From the NCBI RefSeq assembly GCF_004010195.1, contig NC_057710.1, positions 58,734,870-58,798,869 of the forward strand: 64,000 nt of DNA, in the 5' to 3' direction. The notes beneath the pieces were generated by a model. The model worked only from the letters and a program-made list of their open reading frames with translations, made no database searches and was not told where the DNA came from. Position 1 is the stretch's first letter, and every line of letters begins with the position of its first letter. The translations under genes were made by a program, and so were the position numbers. The stretch comes from Chiloscyllium plagiosum (Eukaryota). Below, in pieces: positions 26,398-38,720 of this stretch.

Positions 26398-28214
26398 AAA
26401 TTAAAACAAAGAACTGCAGATCTGAAACTAACAGCAATAGAATTGCTAGAGAAATTCAACTGGTCTGGCATTATATGTAGATAGAAAACAGTTAATGTTT
26501 CAAGTCCAGTAACACTTCTTGAGAACTGATGGCAGCTAGGAAATAGGTGGAGATGGACCCCAGAGAGAGACACAGAAAACAAAGTGGGGAGCTAAGGTGT
26601 TGATATTAAGCCAGCCAGGGATGAGGACAAGCTACTTTGGTGATAATGGGGGCTATTAGAAGTAGAAAATGGGTTGGCTATGCTAAAAGCAATCCATGTT
26701 GACAAGACCTAGGAGTGGTGGTGGGTAATGGAGGTAGGTGTTCATGCTCTAAAATCTGTTACACTTTGTGTTGAGCCCTGAAGACTGTAAGGTCCCCAAA
26801 CGAAAATGAGGTGTTGTTCTCCCAGCTTGTGTTGATCTCACTGGAGCAGTGCAGCAATCCTGAGACAGAGGGGAACAGTGGTGTGTTGAAATGGCAGGTA
26901 ACTGGAAACCTGGCATCATTTTCATGGACAGAACGTATGTGTTCTGCAATGCAATTGCCCAGTCGTGTTTCCTCTCTCCATTGCAGAGGAGACCACATTA
27001 TGTGAGCAGTGAATACAGTAGACTAAATTGAGTGAAATGCAGGTAAATCATAGCTTCACTTGAAAGGTATGTCTGAGGCCTTCAATAATGAGGAGGGAAA
27101 AAGTAAAAGGGCAGGTGTTACACCTTCTGAAATTGCATAGGACGATGCTACAGGAGTGTGCTAAAATCTTAGGAGTGGGGGAGGGTGGACAGGATGTCCT
27201 GGAGGGAATGGTCTCTGCAGAAAGGTGACAAGGGAGCTTGTGCCTGGCATCCCACTAGAGGTGGAGGAAATGGCGGCTTATGATCGCTTGGATGTGGAGG
27301 TTGCTGGAGGAGAAAATGAAAACTGGAGGACTCTCTTGATCTTGTGGATGGGAAGAGAAGAGGTGAGGGCAGAAGGGTTGGAGGATTTAAACTAATAGGG
27401 AGAGATTGAATAGGCTAGGGCTGTTTCCCCTGGAACATCGGAGGCTGAGGGGGTGACCTTATAGAGGTTTATAAAATCATGAGGGGCATCAATAGGATAA
27501 ATAGACAAAGTCTTTTCCCTCAGGTGGGGGAGTTCACAACTATAGGGCGTAGGTTTACGGTGAGAGGGGAAAGATATAAGGGGCAACTGTTTCACACAGA
27601 GGGTAGTACGCGTATAGAATGAGCTGCCAGAGGAGGTGGTGGAGGCTAGTATAATTGCAACATATAAAAGGCATCTGGATGAGTATATGAATAGGAAGGG
27701 TTTGGAGGGATATAAGCCAGGTGCTGGCAGGTGGGACTAGATTGGGTTAGGATATCTGGTCAGCATGGACAAGTTGAATCGAAGGGTCTGTTTCCGTGCT
27801 GTACTTCTCTTTGACTCTATGACTCTAAGTGTGTGAAATAGGACAGAAACAGCTAAGGGCCCTGACAATCACAGTCACAGGGTTGAGGAAAAGGGTGGAC
27901 ATTTCTGAGGCTCCTCTGCAGAAGATGGCATCATCAGAACAGATGCGATGAAGACAGATCACCTGCTTGGCTTCTCTTCTTTCCTGGTTTACTATCAACA
28001 ATCCTTTTGTCTGTCTACCTTTGCTTCTTTCTCTCTCTGCCCTTCATCTCCACCTATGCACTCATTCCTTTTCCCTCCCCCAACCCTGTCATCAGCATAA
28101 TTACCATCCTTTCCTAGCGACTATCAGTCTGGAAGGATCACTGGCCTTGAAATATTAACTGTTTTCTCTCCATAAACCCTGCCAGACCTGCTGTGTTTCT
28201 TCAGCAATTTCTGC
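26398..28214 (-). mobile_element. Penelope-like element (GIY-YIG region) with an inverted pseudo-LTR at 27960-28214, interrupted by CR1
   Basis: 'TRLGNCIAEHIRSVHENDARFPVTCHFN' GIY-YIG-like translation. Hammerhead remnants at ~26492-26523 (-) and ~28129-28158 (+). Confidence 0.8.
27375..27828 (+). mobile_element. 5'-truncated CR1/HER1 LINE inside the PLE
   Basis: RLGLFPLE...RLRGDLIEVYKIMRG translation; (gactctat)n tail. Confidence 0.9.
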
Positions 28215-28236
28215 CTTAGTCTGTAAAATAAGTTAC

Positions 28237-28696
28237 CTGAGTAGAGTATTCACTCTGTCTCGAGTCTGTCTTCCCAGTTTCTGAGAGTAGAGGTCGTTGA
28301 TGCGTTGTCGATAGAGCAGAGATTCCATTAGCAATTTGCTCTTCTGTATTCTGGTCAACAGTTGCATCAGAGTCTTTGGGGTCACAATGAGTGTCAACCC
28401 CTTCAGCTTTTGAACATTCTGCCTCCATGGAGACATGATATCCATTCTCTTGTTCAGAGCTATGACTCTCCCGACTGTCCTGGCTATCTCGGTTGAGGGA
28501 AGAACGAGAGATGACACCAAATTTTCGAGTCCGTTTGCCGTTCTGTGTGGGACTTCCACTTGCCTCCGAGCTGCTACTGCTTGTCCTGAGTTCACTGTTG
28601 CTGCCATTGGAAGGAGGTAGAGGAGCTTTGCGTTTAATCCGACGCAGCATGATCAGGTAAATGTATCCGCCATTCCAGCATTGGTCAGCCAGGTAA
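28237..28696 (-). CDS. PDZD2: PDZD2-family coding exon (end of PDZ1 plus linker)
   Basis: gtgttacag|T TAC CTG...ACT CAG|gtaact; 460 nt. Encodes YLADQCWNGGYIYLIMLRRIKRK...GKRTRKFGVISR...GKTD, matching remembered human PDZD2 YLAEQCWNGGFIYLIMLRRFKHK...GKRTRKFGVISR. Ends in phase 0, joining 13018. Confidence 0.93.
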
Positions 28697-28732
28697 CTGT
28701 AACACAAACAGATCGCCTTCATCAACTAAATG

Positions 28733-28763
28733 TAGTTAAAATCACACAACTAGGTTTATAGTC
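28733..28763 (-). mobile_element. 31-bp PLE terminal micro-insertion
   Basis: Resembles 29038-29070; 10-bp TSD caactaaatg at 28723-28732 and 28764-28773. Confidence 0.7.
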
Positions 28764-29529
28764 CAACTAAATGCAAATACAGCATTACAAGAAGCACTTT
28801 ATATTTGGCTAGGTTGAAATTCTTCCTTTCATGAAGTTAGCCAAGTAGTCAGTTTGAATAATTTTTTTTACATTAATTCATGCAACTCTAGTTAAGAGTC
28901 AGCAACATTGCGGTGAGTCCTAAGTCACATGTCAGCTAAAATTATATTAAATGTGACATAAATCAGACGATTTATAGCACTACTATTGGGTGCATACTGT
29001 GTGCAATTTTTTTTTTAATATTCTTTTGTAAAAACTCTTAAAAATCACACAACACCAGGTTATAGTCCAAGCAGTTTATTTGGAGCAATAGCTTTCGGAG
29101 CGCTGCTCCTTTGTCAGGTGGATGTGGAGTAAAAGATCATAAGACAGAATTCATAGCAAAAAAATTACAGTGTCATGCAACTAAATGATATATTTAACAA
29201 ACCTGGATTGTTGTTAAGTCTTTCATCTTTTGGAATGGATTGCAGGTTTCAGTTTATTAATACGCAAATCCCAGAAATTCTTTTAAGTCACCTTTTTGAC
29301 ATAACTTAAGATTTTATAACAAAAAGTGACATCTTAGCTCAGACAATGCCTTAAAGGTGTGAGGTTAGAGTCTGCCTGTATCCCAATCTTGAGTCAGACT
29401 GGTTCTATTTCCAAAGTGGAATTTACAAAATACATGTTTTAACTGCCTGCAGATTGTGCATTTTTTGAGAATATAGAACGCATCTGCAAATATAATTCTG
29501 CAAATACAAATTCACTCCATAGACTTATA

Positions 29530-29800
29530 TGTGTGAGTGTGTGTGCATGCATGAGAGAGAGAGAAAGAGAGAGAGAGTGTGTGTGCGCTTGTGAGTGTGT
29601 GCACATGAGAGAGTATGTGTTTACATGTGTGAAAGCTTGGAAAAGTGTGTATGTGGGTGTGATGGAGTAGAAGCCTGTGACAGGGTGTATGTGTCTGCAT
29701 GTATGAGAAAGAGTGTGTGTAATAGAGAAGGTCTGCGTGAGTATAAGAGTATGTAAGAGTATGTATATGTGTGCTTGTGTGTGTGCGAGAGAGAGATAAT
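29530..29800. repeat. Degenerate (GT)n/(GA)n microsatellite within the PLE 3' region
   Basis: Imperfect gt and ga dinucleotide runs. Confidence 0.85.
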
Positions 29801-30115
29801 AGTATAGTGGGGGTCACCTGTAGTATGACATGAACACAAAATCCTGGTTTAGGCCATCCTCATGGATACTGAACATGACTATCAGCCTCTGCTCAGCCAC
29901 AATGCATTGTTGCCTATCCCGAAGTCCGCCTTGGAGGATGGTACCTAAAGATCCAAGGCCTCCACATCCTTCCTATAGTATGGCTGCTGAAATGCTTCCC
30001 GACTGAGAGGGAAATCCCCATCTGGGATTGTTGCGTGGTGTCCATTCATCCATTGTCATACCATCTGCTTGGCCTCGCCAATGTACCACGCCTCAGGGCA
30101 TCCTTGCCTGCAGCT

Positions 30116-30830
30116 TAGAACATAGAAGAATACAGCGCAGTGCAGGCCCTTCAGCCCTCGATGTTGCGCCGATCCAAGCCCACCTAACCTACACTAGCCC
30201 ACTATCCTCCATATGCCTATCCAATGCCTGCTTAAATGCCCATAATGAGGGAAAGTCCACCACTGCTACTGGCAGGGCATTCCATGAACTCACGACTCTC
30301 GCTGTAAAGAACCTACCCCTAACATCTGTCCTATACCTACCCCCCCTTAATTTAAAGCTAATCCCCCTTGTAATAGCTGACTCCATATGTGGAAAAAGAT
30401 TCTCACTGTCAATCCGATCTAAACCCCTAATCATCTTGTACACCTCTATTAAGTCACCCCTAAACCTTCTTTTCTCCAATGAAAACAACCCCAAGTGCCT
30501 CAGCCTTTCCTCATACGATCTTCCTACCATACCAGGCAACATCCTAGTAAACCTCCTCTGCACCTGTTCCAGTGCCTCCACATCCTTCCTATAGTATGGC
30601 GACCAAAACTGCACACAATACTCCAGATGTGGCCGCACCAGAGTCTTATACAACTGCAACATGACCTCAGGACTCCGGAACTCAATTCCTCTACCAATAA
30701 AAGCCAGTACGCCATATGCCTTCTTCACCGCACTATTTACCTGGGTGGCAACTTTCAAAGATCTGTGTACATGGACACCAAGATCCCTCTGCTCATCCAC
30801 ACTACCAAGTATCTGACCATTAGCCCATAT
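30116..30830 (-). mobile_element. Young 5'-truncated CR1 LINE inserted in the PLE
   Basis: Open 222-aa frame including QRDLGVHVH, LYKTLVRPHLEYCVQFWSP and RGDLIEVYK; tail tagaacatagaa. Confidence 0.95.
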
Positions 30831-30841
30831 TTTTTTTTCTT

Positions 30842-31076
30842 CAGGGTCAACACCCACACCTCACAGTGACACTGACTGCCTGTCACAGGGTCAACACCCA
30901 CACCTTTCAGTGACACTGACTGTCTGTCACATTGGCCACACCCGTTCCTCTCAGGGACACTGACCGCCTGTCACAGGCACAACACCCATTCCTCTCATTG
31001 ACACCGACTGCCTGTCACAGGGTCAACACCAACTACTCTCACTGACACTGACTGACTGTCACAGCGGCCACACCCC
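30842..31076. repeat. 44-bp minisatellite, about 5.3 units
   Basis: Units start at 30842, 30886, 30930, 30974, 31018 and 31062; consensus cagggtcaacacccacacctctcagtgacactgactgcctgtca. Confidence 0.92.
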
Positions 31077-33019
31077 TTATGAGATAGATGTCAGCCAAGT
31101 CACATGAGTACCTGCCGCATACACGGTGGGTGGTGTCTCCACGGGTAATGGTGACATCTGTATCGACACTCTGACACATCTTGCAGTGGTAGCCATGACA
31201 GGGTTGTACGGTGTTGTGGTCGATGTTGTCCTGAAGGCTGGGCAGTTTGCTGTGAACAATGGTCTATTTAAGGTTTGGCGGTTGTTTAAAGGTGAGAAGG
31301 GGAGGCGTAGGGAGGGTCTTGGCGAGATGCTTGTCCTCATCGATAATGTGTTGCAAGCTGTGAAAAACATAGCGTAGTTTTTTGGCTCCCAGGAAGTACT
31401 GGACAACAAAGGGTACCCTATCGGCTGCAACCCGTCTGTCGTGTGAGGAGGTCATTACGGTTTCTCAGTGTGGCACATCAAAACTGGTGATCGATGAGTT
31501 GAGCATTGTACCCTGTTCTTATGAGGGCATCTTTGAGCACCTTCAGGTGTCCGTCACATTCCTCCTCATCTGAACAGATCCTGTGTATGCATAGGGCTTG
31601 TTCGTAGGGGATGGCTGTTTTAATATGTTTAGGATGGAAGCTAGAGAAATGTAGGATTGTGAGGTTATCCGTGGGTTTGTGGCAGAGTGAGGTACTGAGG
31701 TGCCCATCCTTGATGGAGATGCATGTATTCCAGAATGAGACAGATACTAAAGAGTAGTCCATGGTAAGTCTGATGGTAGGATGAAACTTGTTGATATCAC
31801 TGTGCTGTTGTTTCTTCGCCTTGGGTCCAGAGGAAGAAAATGTCATCAATATACCTGGTGTATAGTGTTGGTTGGAAGTCCTGTGCAGCAAAGAAGTCTT
31901 GTTCAAACTTGTGCATGAAAATGTTGGCATTTAAGGGTGCACATTTGGTCCTCATGCCTCTAGATGAAGAACTGGTCATCAAAGGTGAAAACATTGTGGT
32001 CAAGGATGAAGCAGATGAGTTGTAGGATGGTGTTCAGAGATTGGCAATTGTTGGCATTGAGTACTGAGGCTGTTGCAGAGATGCAGTCATTGTGGGGGAT
32101 GCTGATGTAGAATGCTGACAAGTTCATTGTGACGAGGACTGTTCCCGATTTGACTTGTCGGTGGGTGCTGAGTCTCTGTAAGAAATCTGTCATGCCACAA
32201 CAGAAGTTGGGAGTCCCTTGTTTAATGGATTTCAAGATGCCTTCGACATAGCCAGAGAGGTTCTCACACAGGGTCCCAGTGCCTGAGTTGGCTTTGTGTA
32301 TCTTCAGTAGGCAGTAGAAATCCCCTATGTGAGAAGTACATGGGATGAGAGTGCGTAGGGAACCATGAAAGACTGGATCAAATGTCTTGATCAATGTGTT
32401 TAGTTCACAGGTGTATTCTTTGGCTAGATCAGCTGGTAGTTGCCTATAGTGTTCCTGGTTGTTCAGTTGTTGGTACACTTCCTTGAGTAGTCCGTTCTAT
32501 TTTGAATGGCAATGGCTCCTCCTTTATCTGTTTGTTTGATGACAATGTTTCGATTGGTTTTGATAGCATGGATCGTTGTGATTGGGAGATGTTTTGCTCT
32601 GCTTTGTGGGTATGGTTGATGAATCTGGCTTTCAGCAGTGGCCCTCTGGAAGGGTCCAAATCAAATCCTTTTTTGGTTGCTCCACTATGGATCTCTCTGA
32701 TGACTGTTCCAGTTTGTCAGTTGGCTCATTGGGATCACTGCTGACATCTTGGAAGAATTCCCGGAGTTTCATTTGTCTGATGAATTCCTCCATGTGTGCC
32801 GCTAGACCAATGGAGTCCAATTTGGTGTGGGGCAGAAATTGAGCCTTCGGCTAAGAACTTCAATTTCTTCCAGTTGAAGGGTGTGATCCGTTAAGTTGAT
32901 GATCGATTTCCCCGTGGTGATAACGTTTTCATCTGCAGTGCGCGGGTGGGGGGGCTTGGCTACTGCTGGTTGTGATGCCAAGTTTCTCCAGTTTTTTGTT
33001 CTTGGTTTGCATGTACATG

Positions 33020-33145
33020 TTCTGTGTGAGAACCTCTCTGGCTATGTCGAAGGCATCTTGAAATCCATTGAACAGGGGACGTCCAACTTCTGTTGTGGCA
33101 TGACAGATTTCTGACAGAGACTCAGCATCCACTGACTAGTCAAAG
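33020..33145 (+). repeat. Inverted copy of 32149-32272 inserted in the same PLE
   Basis: LCENLSGYVEGILKSI appears on both strands in the ORF track; the copy is flanked by gttctgt on both sides. Confidence 0.9.
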
Positions 33146-35959
33146 TTCTGTCACTTGTCTGCTTAGCAGTGTTGCGTAATTGTACTGCTGTATCTTGAGC
33201 ACAAGCTGAGAATGTGGACTCTATCTTGATTTCAAAGTCCACCTCAGTCCAACACTGGCTCCTCCACATTATGAAAAACAGGATCAGGAGTAGATTAGTC
33301 AACTCTTTGAACCCACTCTACTCTTCAATGAAATCATAGCTGATCTTCTATTTCAATACCAATTTCTTGCACTATACTCATTTCCCTTAACAGTTGTGTA
33401 TTTCTCTATATTTCAAAAGCATTGTATTGCATGGTAAGCACTTTGGGATAACTTGACAAAAAGAGCCAGCAATTTTCTCAAAGCCCCAGTAACTTTATTA
33501 GAAATATTACAAAAGCCGCTTTCAATCATAATAAATGGGATTTTTACTACATCTCCAAGGAAGCTATGGTAGCAAAATGGAAATAGCTCTGATGAAATTT
33601 TAAGCTATATAGCAATTCAAAAAAATATAAACAATATAATTCCTTGAAATGATCCTGTAAGTTATCTGTTGGAGTTTCACTGATAAAATATGATCACATG
33701 GTGGTTATGCTTATCCCATGCCTCAGTGCTCAATACCTCCAGTTATTAGACAATTCCCAATCACCTTGTGGCAAAATCCAGTCGTGGTAACTATAGAATC
33801 TATCTCACAAGTAACCATTTAGTTCTGCATAAGGGACAAAAAAATCTTTACGTCATTCTCAAAATAAATACTTTTTTAAAAAATCAACTTGAGCTAATAA
33901 AATTGACTTTTTTTTGTTTAAGAATTAGAACATACATAAATTTATCGTAGATAATATTCAGTTTACACACAGGCCAGATATTTTGTTAAAGCACCTACAA
34001 TGGCAGTCTGGCTGCCCTCATCATGAATATGGTTTTATGGCAATTTTGACATTCTTTTGTTCACTTAAGATGATCAACTCAAGGTTCAATCTCAATTAAA
34101 TACTGATTTTTAACTTTCTCTCTACAACTCACCAACTCCCTCTCTCCCCCCCACCTCCCCCCCACACCACATGTCCTTCCTATCACCTGGGTGCATTTTG
34201 CACACATCAATACAATTTAAACATGTGGAATCTAACCTTTTTTTTCCCAATTTCCATTCATTTTTGGAGATAAATTTCAGGCTTGAAAAAAATGCTCACA
34301 AATGTACATTGTACTATCTGCATAATTTCCTTTGGGCTAATAGTGGTTGTAATGTTACAAGAAACAGAATTGTCTTAAAAGTATAGAAATTAGTTAACTG
34401 AAATGCTCCACTATTTCCTTAGAGTTGTCTTCTAAGTGCAATAGCTCCAATGCAGTATTACTAATGTCCTAATGCAGAAAGTCATGACATTCACTTTGAT
34501 GGACATGGCTCAGTCATTAAAGTATGGAACAGGATACCTGCATTAAATTACACAAGCTCCCACCAATGCATCGCCGGTATGGAAACACATCTTTGTGATA
34601 TTGTGCAAACATTACTCCTCCATCCTTATTGGCTCACTGAACTCTGTGCTAACAGTAAAGTATTATAAAGAAAACTATGCCCACCACTAAAATCAGTGAC
34701 AGTGCAATTTGATTAGAACAAATGAAAATTCACACCTTACATGCTAAGAAGATTTGCTACTTGCTGAAAAGCGATAATTAAAGTAGACATTTTCATGATT
34801 AGGTTTTATTCCTTCAGATAATTTCTTGTCAAACTCACCTACTAATGAATACTGCACACTGCGGAGATTATGCAATCAAACATGCTATTTATCAGGGAGC
34901 CCATTACAGCAATATTACCATAACGGAAAGACAATTCAGAAACAGAAACACATACACAACATCCAATATCGGTGCACAGTAAATAGTTTTTGAATATCTT
35001 TTGTCCTACCTGCCTGAAAATCAGCAAAATAAATGCAATGTCTAGTTTTGAAAGAAGAAGGAAAAGGAGTCTATGTTAAGAATGAAGTATGAAAGAAATA
35101 GAAAGTAGAAAACAGCAACCACAGCCATCAGCTGATCACTGAGACATACAGAGAGGAGACAGGTGTTCATAAAGCAGTACTGAACCTCACGCTGAAGCTT
35201 ATCCTTCTGTATCCAAAGGGTGTCTGTACAAAGGCTCCACTGTATTTGCATTTGAAACACCACTTCTAACGTCCTACAAATCCCCTATTCTTGGAGGCAG
35301 GCAACTGAAATGAAAACTCTACCGATATTGGTTGGTCAATGAATAAAGCACCAGAGTTTTTTTGTAGTTACTCAGCACATTGGTGAAAACATTACACAGC
35401 CATACAAGAACATTTTAAAAGCTTTCATCTTGTGGGCTTCCCCAAAGGAGAGGGTGGCTTCCAAACAAGAAAAGCACTTTATTTTTATTAATAAACATAT
35501 GGTTATATGCTTCAATTCATGAAAATTGACTAACAAACTAAATATTTTATATGAAAGTCCTTATTCTAAACAATAATTACTACATTTACATCAAAATATT
35601 GCTTGTTAAGACATCTCTGTACTTCATTGGAATTCATCAACACTATGGGAAAATTGTATGAAAAGATGCAAATGTGATTTCAGCTTCTCTAATCTGATGT
35701 GATTTCTCTTAACACTCAATTATCCATGTTCTTGTTGATCTTAGCAAAATATAACTTTATTCTTTCATGGAATGTGGGTCACACTGACAAGGCAGCATTT
35801 ATTCCTCTTGATTGCTTAATTGCTTTTGAACTGAGTGACTTCCTCAGCAATTTCAGAGAACAGTTAACAGTCAGCTGCATTTGTCTGGTCTAGAGTTACG
35901 TGTAGGCCATAACAGGCAAATTTCCTTCCCTATAGGACTTTAGTGACCAGATGGATTCT

Positions 35960-36632
35960 TATAGAGACATAGAGATGTACAGCATGGAAACAGACCCTTC
36001 GGTCCAACCTGTCCACGCCGACCAGATATCCCAACCCAATCTAGTCCCACCTGCCAGCACCCGGCCCATATCCCTCCAAACCCTTCCTATTCATATACAC
36101 ATCCAAATACCTCTTAAATGTTGCAATTGTACCAGCCTCCACCACATGCTCTGGCACCTCATTCCATACGTGTACTACCCTCTGCGTTGCCCCTTAGGTC
36201 TCTTTTATATCTTTCCCCTCTCACCCTAAACCTATGCCCTCTAGTTCTGGACTTCCCAACCCCAGGGAAAAGACTTTGTCTATTTATCCTATCCATGCCC
36301 CTCATAATTTTGTAAACCCCTATAAGGTCACCCCTCAGCCTCCGACGCTCCAGGGAAAACAGCCCCAGCCTGTTCAGCCTCTCCCTACAGCTCAAATCCT
36401 CCAACCCTGGCAACATCCTTGTGAATCTTTTCTGAACCCTTTCAAATTTCACAACATCTTTCCGATAGGAAGGAGACCAGAACTGCACGCAATATTCCAA
36501 CAGTGGCCTAACCAATGTCCTGTACAGCCGCAACATGACTTCCCAATTCCTGTACTCAATACTCTGACCAATAAAGGAAAGCAGACCAAACTCCTTCTTC
36601 ACTATCCTATCTACCTGCGACTCTACTTTCAA
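35960..36632 (-). mobile_element. CR1/HER1 LINE 3' part
   Basis: 157-aa ORF with LYRTLVRPLLEYCVQFWSP; HER1 3' UTR. Confidence 0.93.
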
Positions 36633-37029
36633 GGATTAATGATAGCTTCATGGTCATCATTATTAAGACTATAGTTTATTAATTGAATGGTTAATAGGGT
36701 TTGAGCCTGTGTCACTAAAGCATTAGCCAGTGCCTCAGAATAATGAGTCCAGTGGCATTGCCGCTAAGCCAACAGATCCTCCACTGGACAAGCTCCAAAC
36801 CTGATTACCCTACTAATTAGTTGAAAAAATGAAAGAAAATCTGCAAAAATAATTTATTTAATATATCCATTACCTTAGAAAAACATGAGCAGAACACTGT
36901 AGTGTATTCAGTTAAATCACTATCACTTCTCCCATCCTTCTTCCTTTTCTTCCATCCTCTATCCCAGGCCAGCATTTTTCTTCTCCAAACTACCCTCTTT
37001 TTATGGTAGAAAAACTATCACACTAAGAC

Positions 37030-37285
37030 AATCAGAATTAGGCCATTCAGCCCATTGAATCTGCTCCACCATTTGACCATGGCTGATATGTTTCTCAATT
37101 CCATTCTCCTGCCATTTCACCATTATCCTTGATTCCCCTTCTAAATCAGGAACCTATCTGTTTCTGTCTTAAAGACACTCAATGAAGACTAAGATAAATA
37201 ATATTTTACTCAAACTTAAACTCTGTTTGTCTCTCTCCAGAGCTGTTGCCATATCTGTTGAGTATTTCCAGCACTTTGTGTTATC
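37030..37285. mobile_element. CR1 3' UTR fragment (minus) followed by a decayed PLE tail (plus)
   Basis: ggccattcagcccattgaatctgctccacc; then ctctccagagctgttgcc...gagtatttccagcac. Confidence 0.55.
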
Positions 37286-38041
37286 AGTGGGTGTATTTGT
37301 TGTGCAGCCATAAAATGCCTTTCTGCATTAAAACTGCAGTACCTTCAAAGTAACTCACTATGATGTTACTTCCTGATGTTATGAAGACATTTGGGTGTCC
37401 CTTCAAAGAGTATGGAGTAATAACTGGTAGTTTTGAAATCTACGACTTTCATACCTGCCATTCTAGAAAAGGGGGAGCTGTCTGCAAAGGCACAGCAGAC
37501 GTAAAAAAAGGTGCACATCAATTCCAACATAGTGCAAACCTTTCTTATTCTCCATCTCAACCCAATTGGGTGCTCTTCTTCCAAACTCCATTATTTAATT
37601 ATTCCACATCCCCATCTGTTTAAACTATCATTCCTCTTTGCCCTCCTCAGGTCAAGTGATCATTGATCAACCCATAATTCAAACTTTCATTAATTTCTCT
37701 GTCCAAATAAAATACCATTTCCATTTTCCACTCCTATTCGAGACTGACATACTTTATATCTCAATTCAAACTGACAATCCTTCCCTCAAAGATCAAACCT
37801 AATGCTTCCACACTGTTTCTTTTGCTTGTATTCTCATTTTCCCTTTATTTTTCCCCCTTAATGCTATTTATTCTCCGATTCCACTTCATCATCACCAGTG
37901 TCCTGCTGCTCATGGAATGGATTCCAATTGGTGCACACTGCTCAGTTGGTACCATTTTGCCAGCAAATTCTAATGTATTGACTATCTGTGAAATGACTGA
38001 CATATATGAGAACTAGACTTTCTTAGAATTGTTTGCTTCCA

Positions 38042-38720
38042 CATAGCATCATCGAGATGTACAGCACAGAAACAGACCCTTTGGTCCAACTGGTCAATGC
38101 CAACCAGATATCCTAACCTAATCTAGTCCCATTTGCCAGCACTTGGCCCGGATCCCTCTAAACCCTTTTTTTCATATACCTGTTCAGATGCCTTTTAAAT
38201 GTTGTAACTGTACCAGCCTCCACCACTTCCTCTGGCAACTCATTCCATACACGCACCACATGCTGTTTCCCTTTTAAATTTTTCCCCCCTCATCCTAAAC
38301 CTATGCACTCTCAATCTAGACTTGCCAACCCCAGGGAAAAGACCTTGTCTATTTATCTTATTCATGCCCCTCGTGATTTTATAAACCTCTATAAGGTCAC
38401 CACTCAGCCCCCGGTCCTCCAGGGAAAACAGCCCTAGCCTATACAACTTCTCCCTGTAGCTCAAATCCTCCAACCCTGGCAACATCCTTGTAAATCTTTT
38501 CTGAACCCTTTCAAGTTTCACAACATTCTTACAATAGGCAGGAGACCAGAATTGCACTCAATATTCCAAAAGTGGCCTAACCAATGTCCTGTACAGCCAC
38601 AACGTGACCTCCCAATTCCTATACTCAATGCTCTGACCAATGAAGGAAAGCATACCAAACACTTTCTTCACTATCCTACCTACAATGAATCTGCACTCCA
38701 AGGTCTTTTTGTTCAACAAG
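38042..38720 (-). mobile_element. CR1/HER1 LINE 3' part
   Basis: QFWSPAY...LERVQKRFTRMLPG ORF. Confidence 0.92.

Larger units (their letters stand above)
29038..33235 (-). mobile_element. Near full-length degenerate Penelope-like retroelement (RT + GIY-YIG)
   Basis: Frameshifted ORF pieces 'EEFIRQMKLREFF', 'FYCLLKIHK', 'YTRYIDDIFFLW', 'FHPKHIKTAIPY' and 'CRQGCPEAWYIGE'. pLTR with hammerhead CTGACAAAGGAGCAGCGCTCCGAAAGCTA at 29117-29089. Confidence 0.92.

Noticed and set aside
28697-28725. N-terminal extension MMKAICLCY of the 169-aa ORF
   Set aside because: It lies upstream of the AG acceptor at 28698-28697 and is intronic.
29512-29839. His/Thr-rich ORFs
   Set aside because: Translation of a (CA)n-like microsatellite.
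30189-30857. 222-aa ORF as a host gene
   Set aside because: C-terminus of CR1 ORF2 in a 5'-truncated copy.
30842-31076. CRISPR-like array of hairpin-containing repeats
   Set aside because: The whole 44-bp unit is homologous between copies, so there are no unique spacers; there are no cas genes and the context is eukaryotic. It is a minisatellite.
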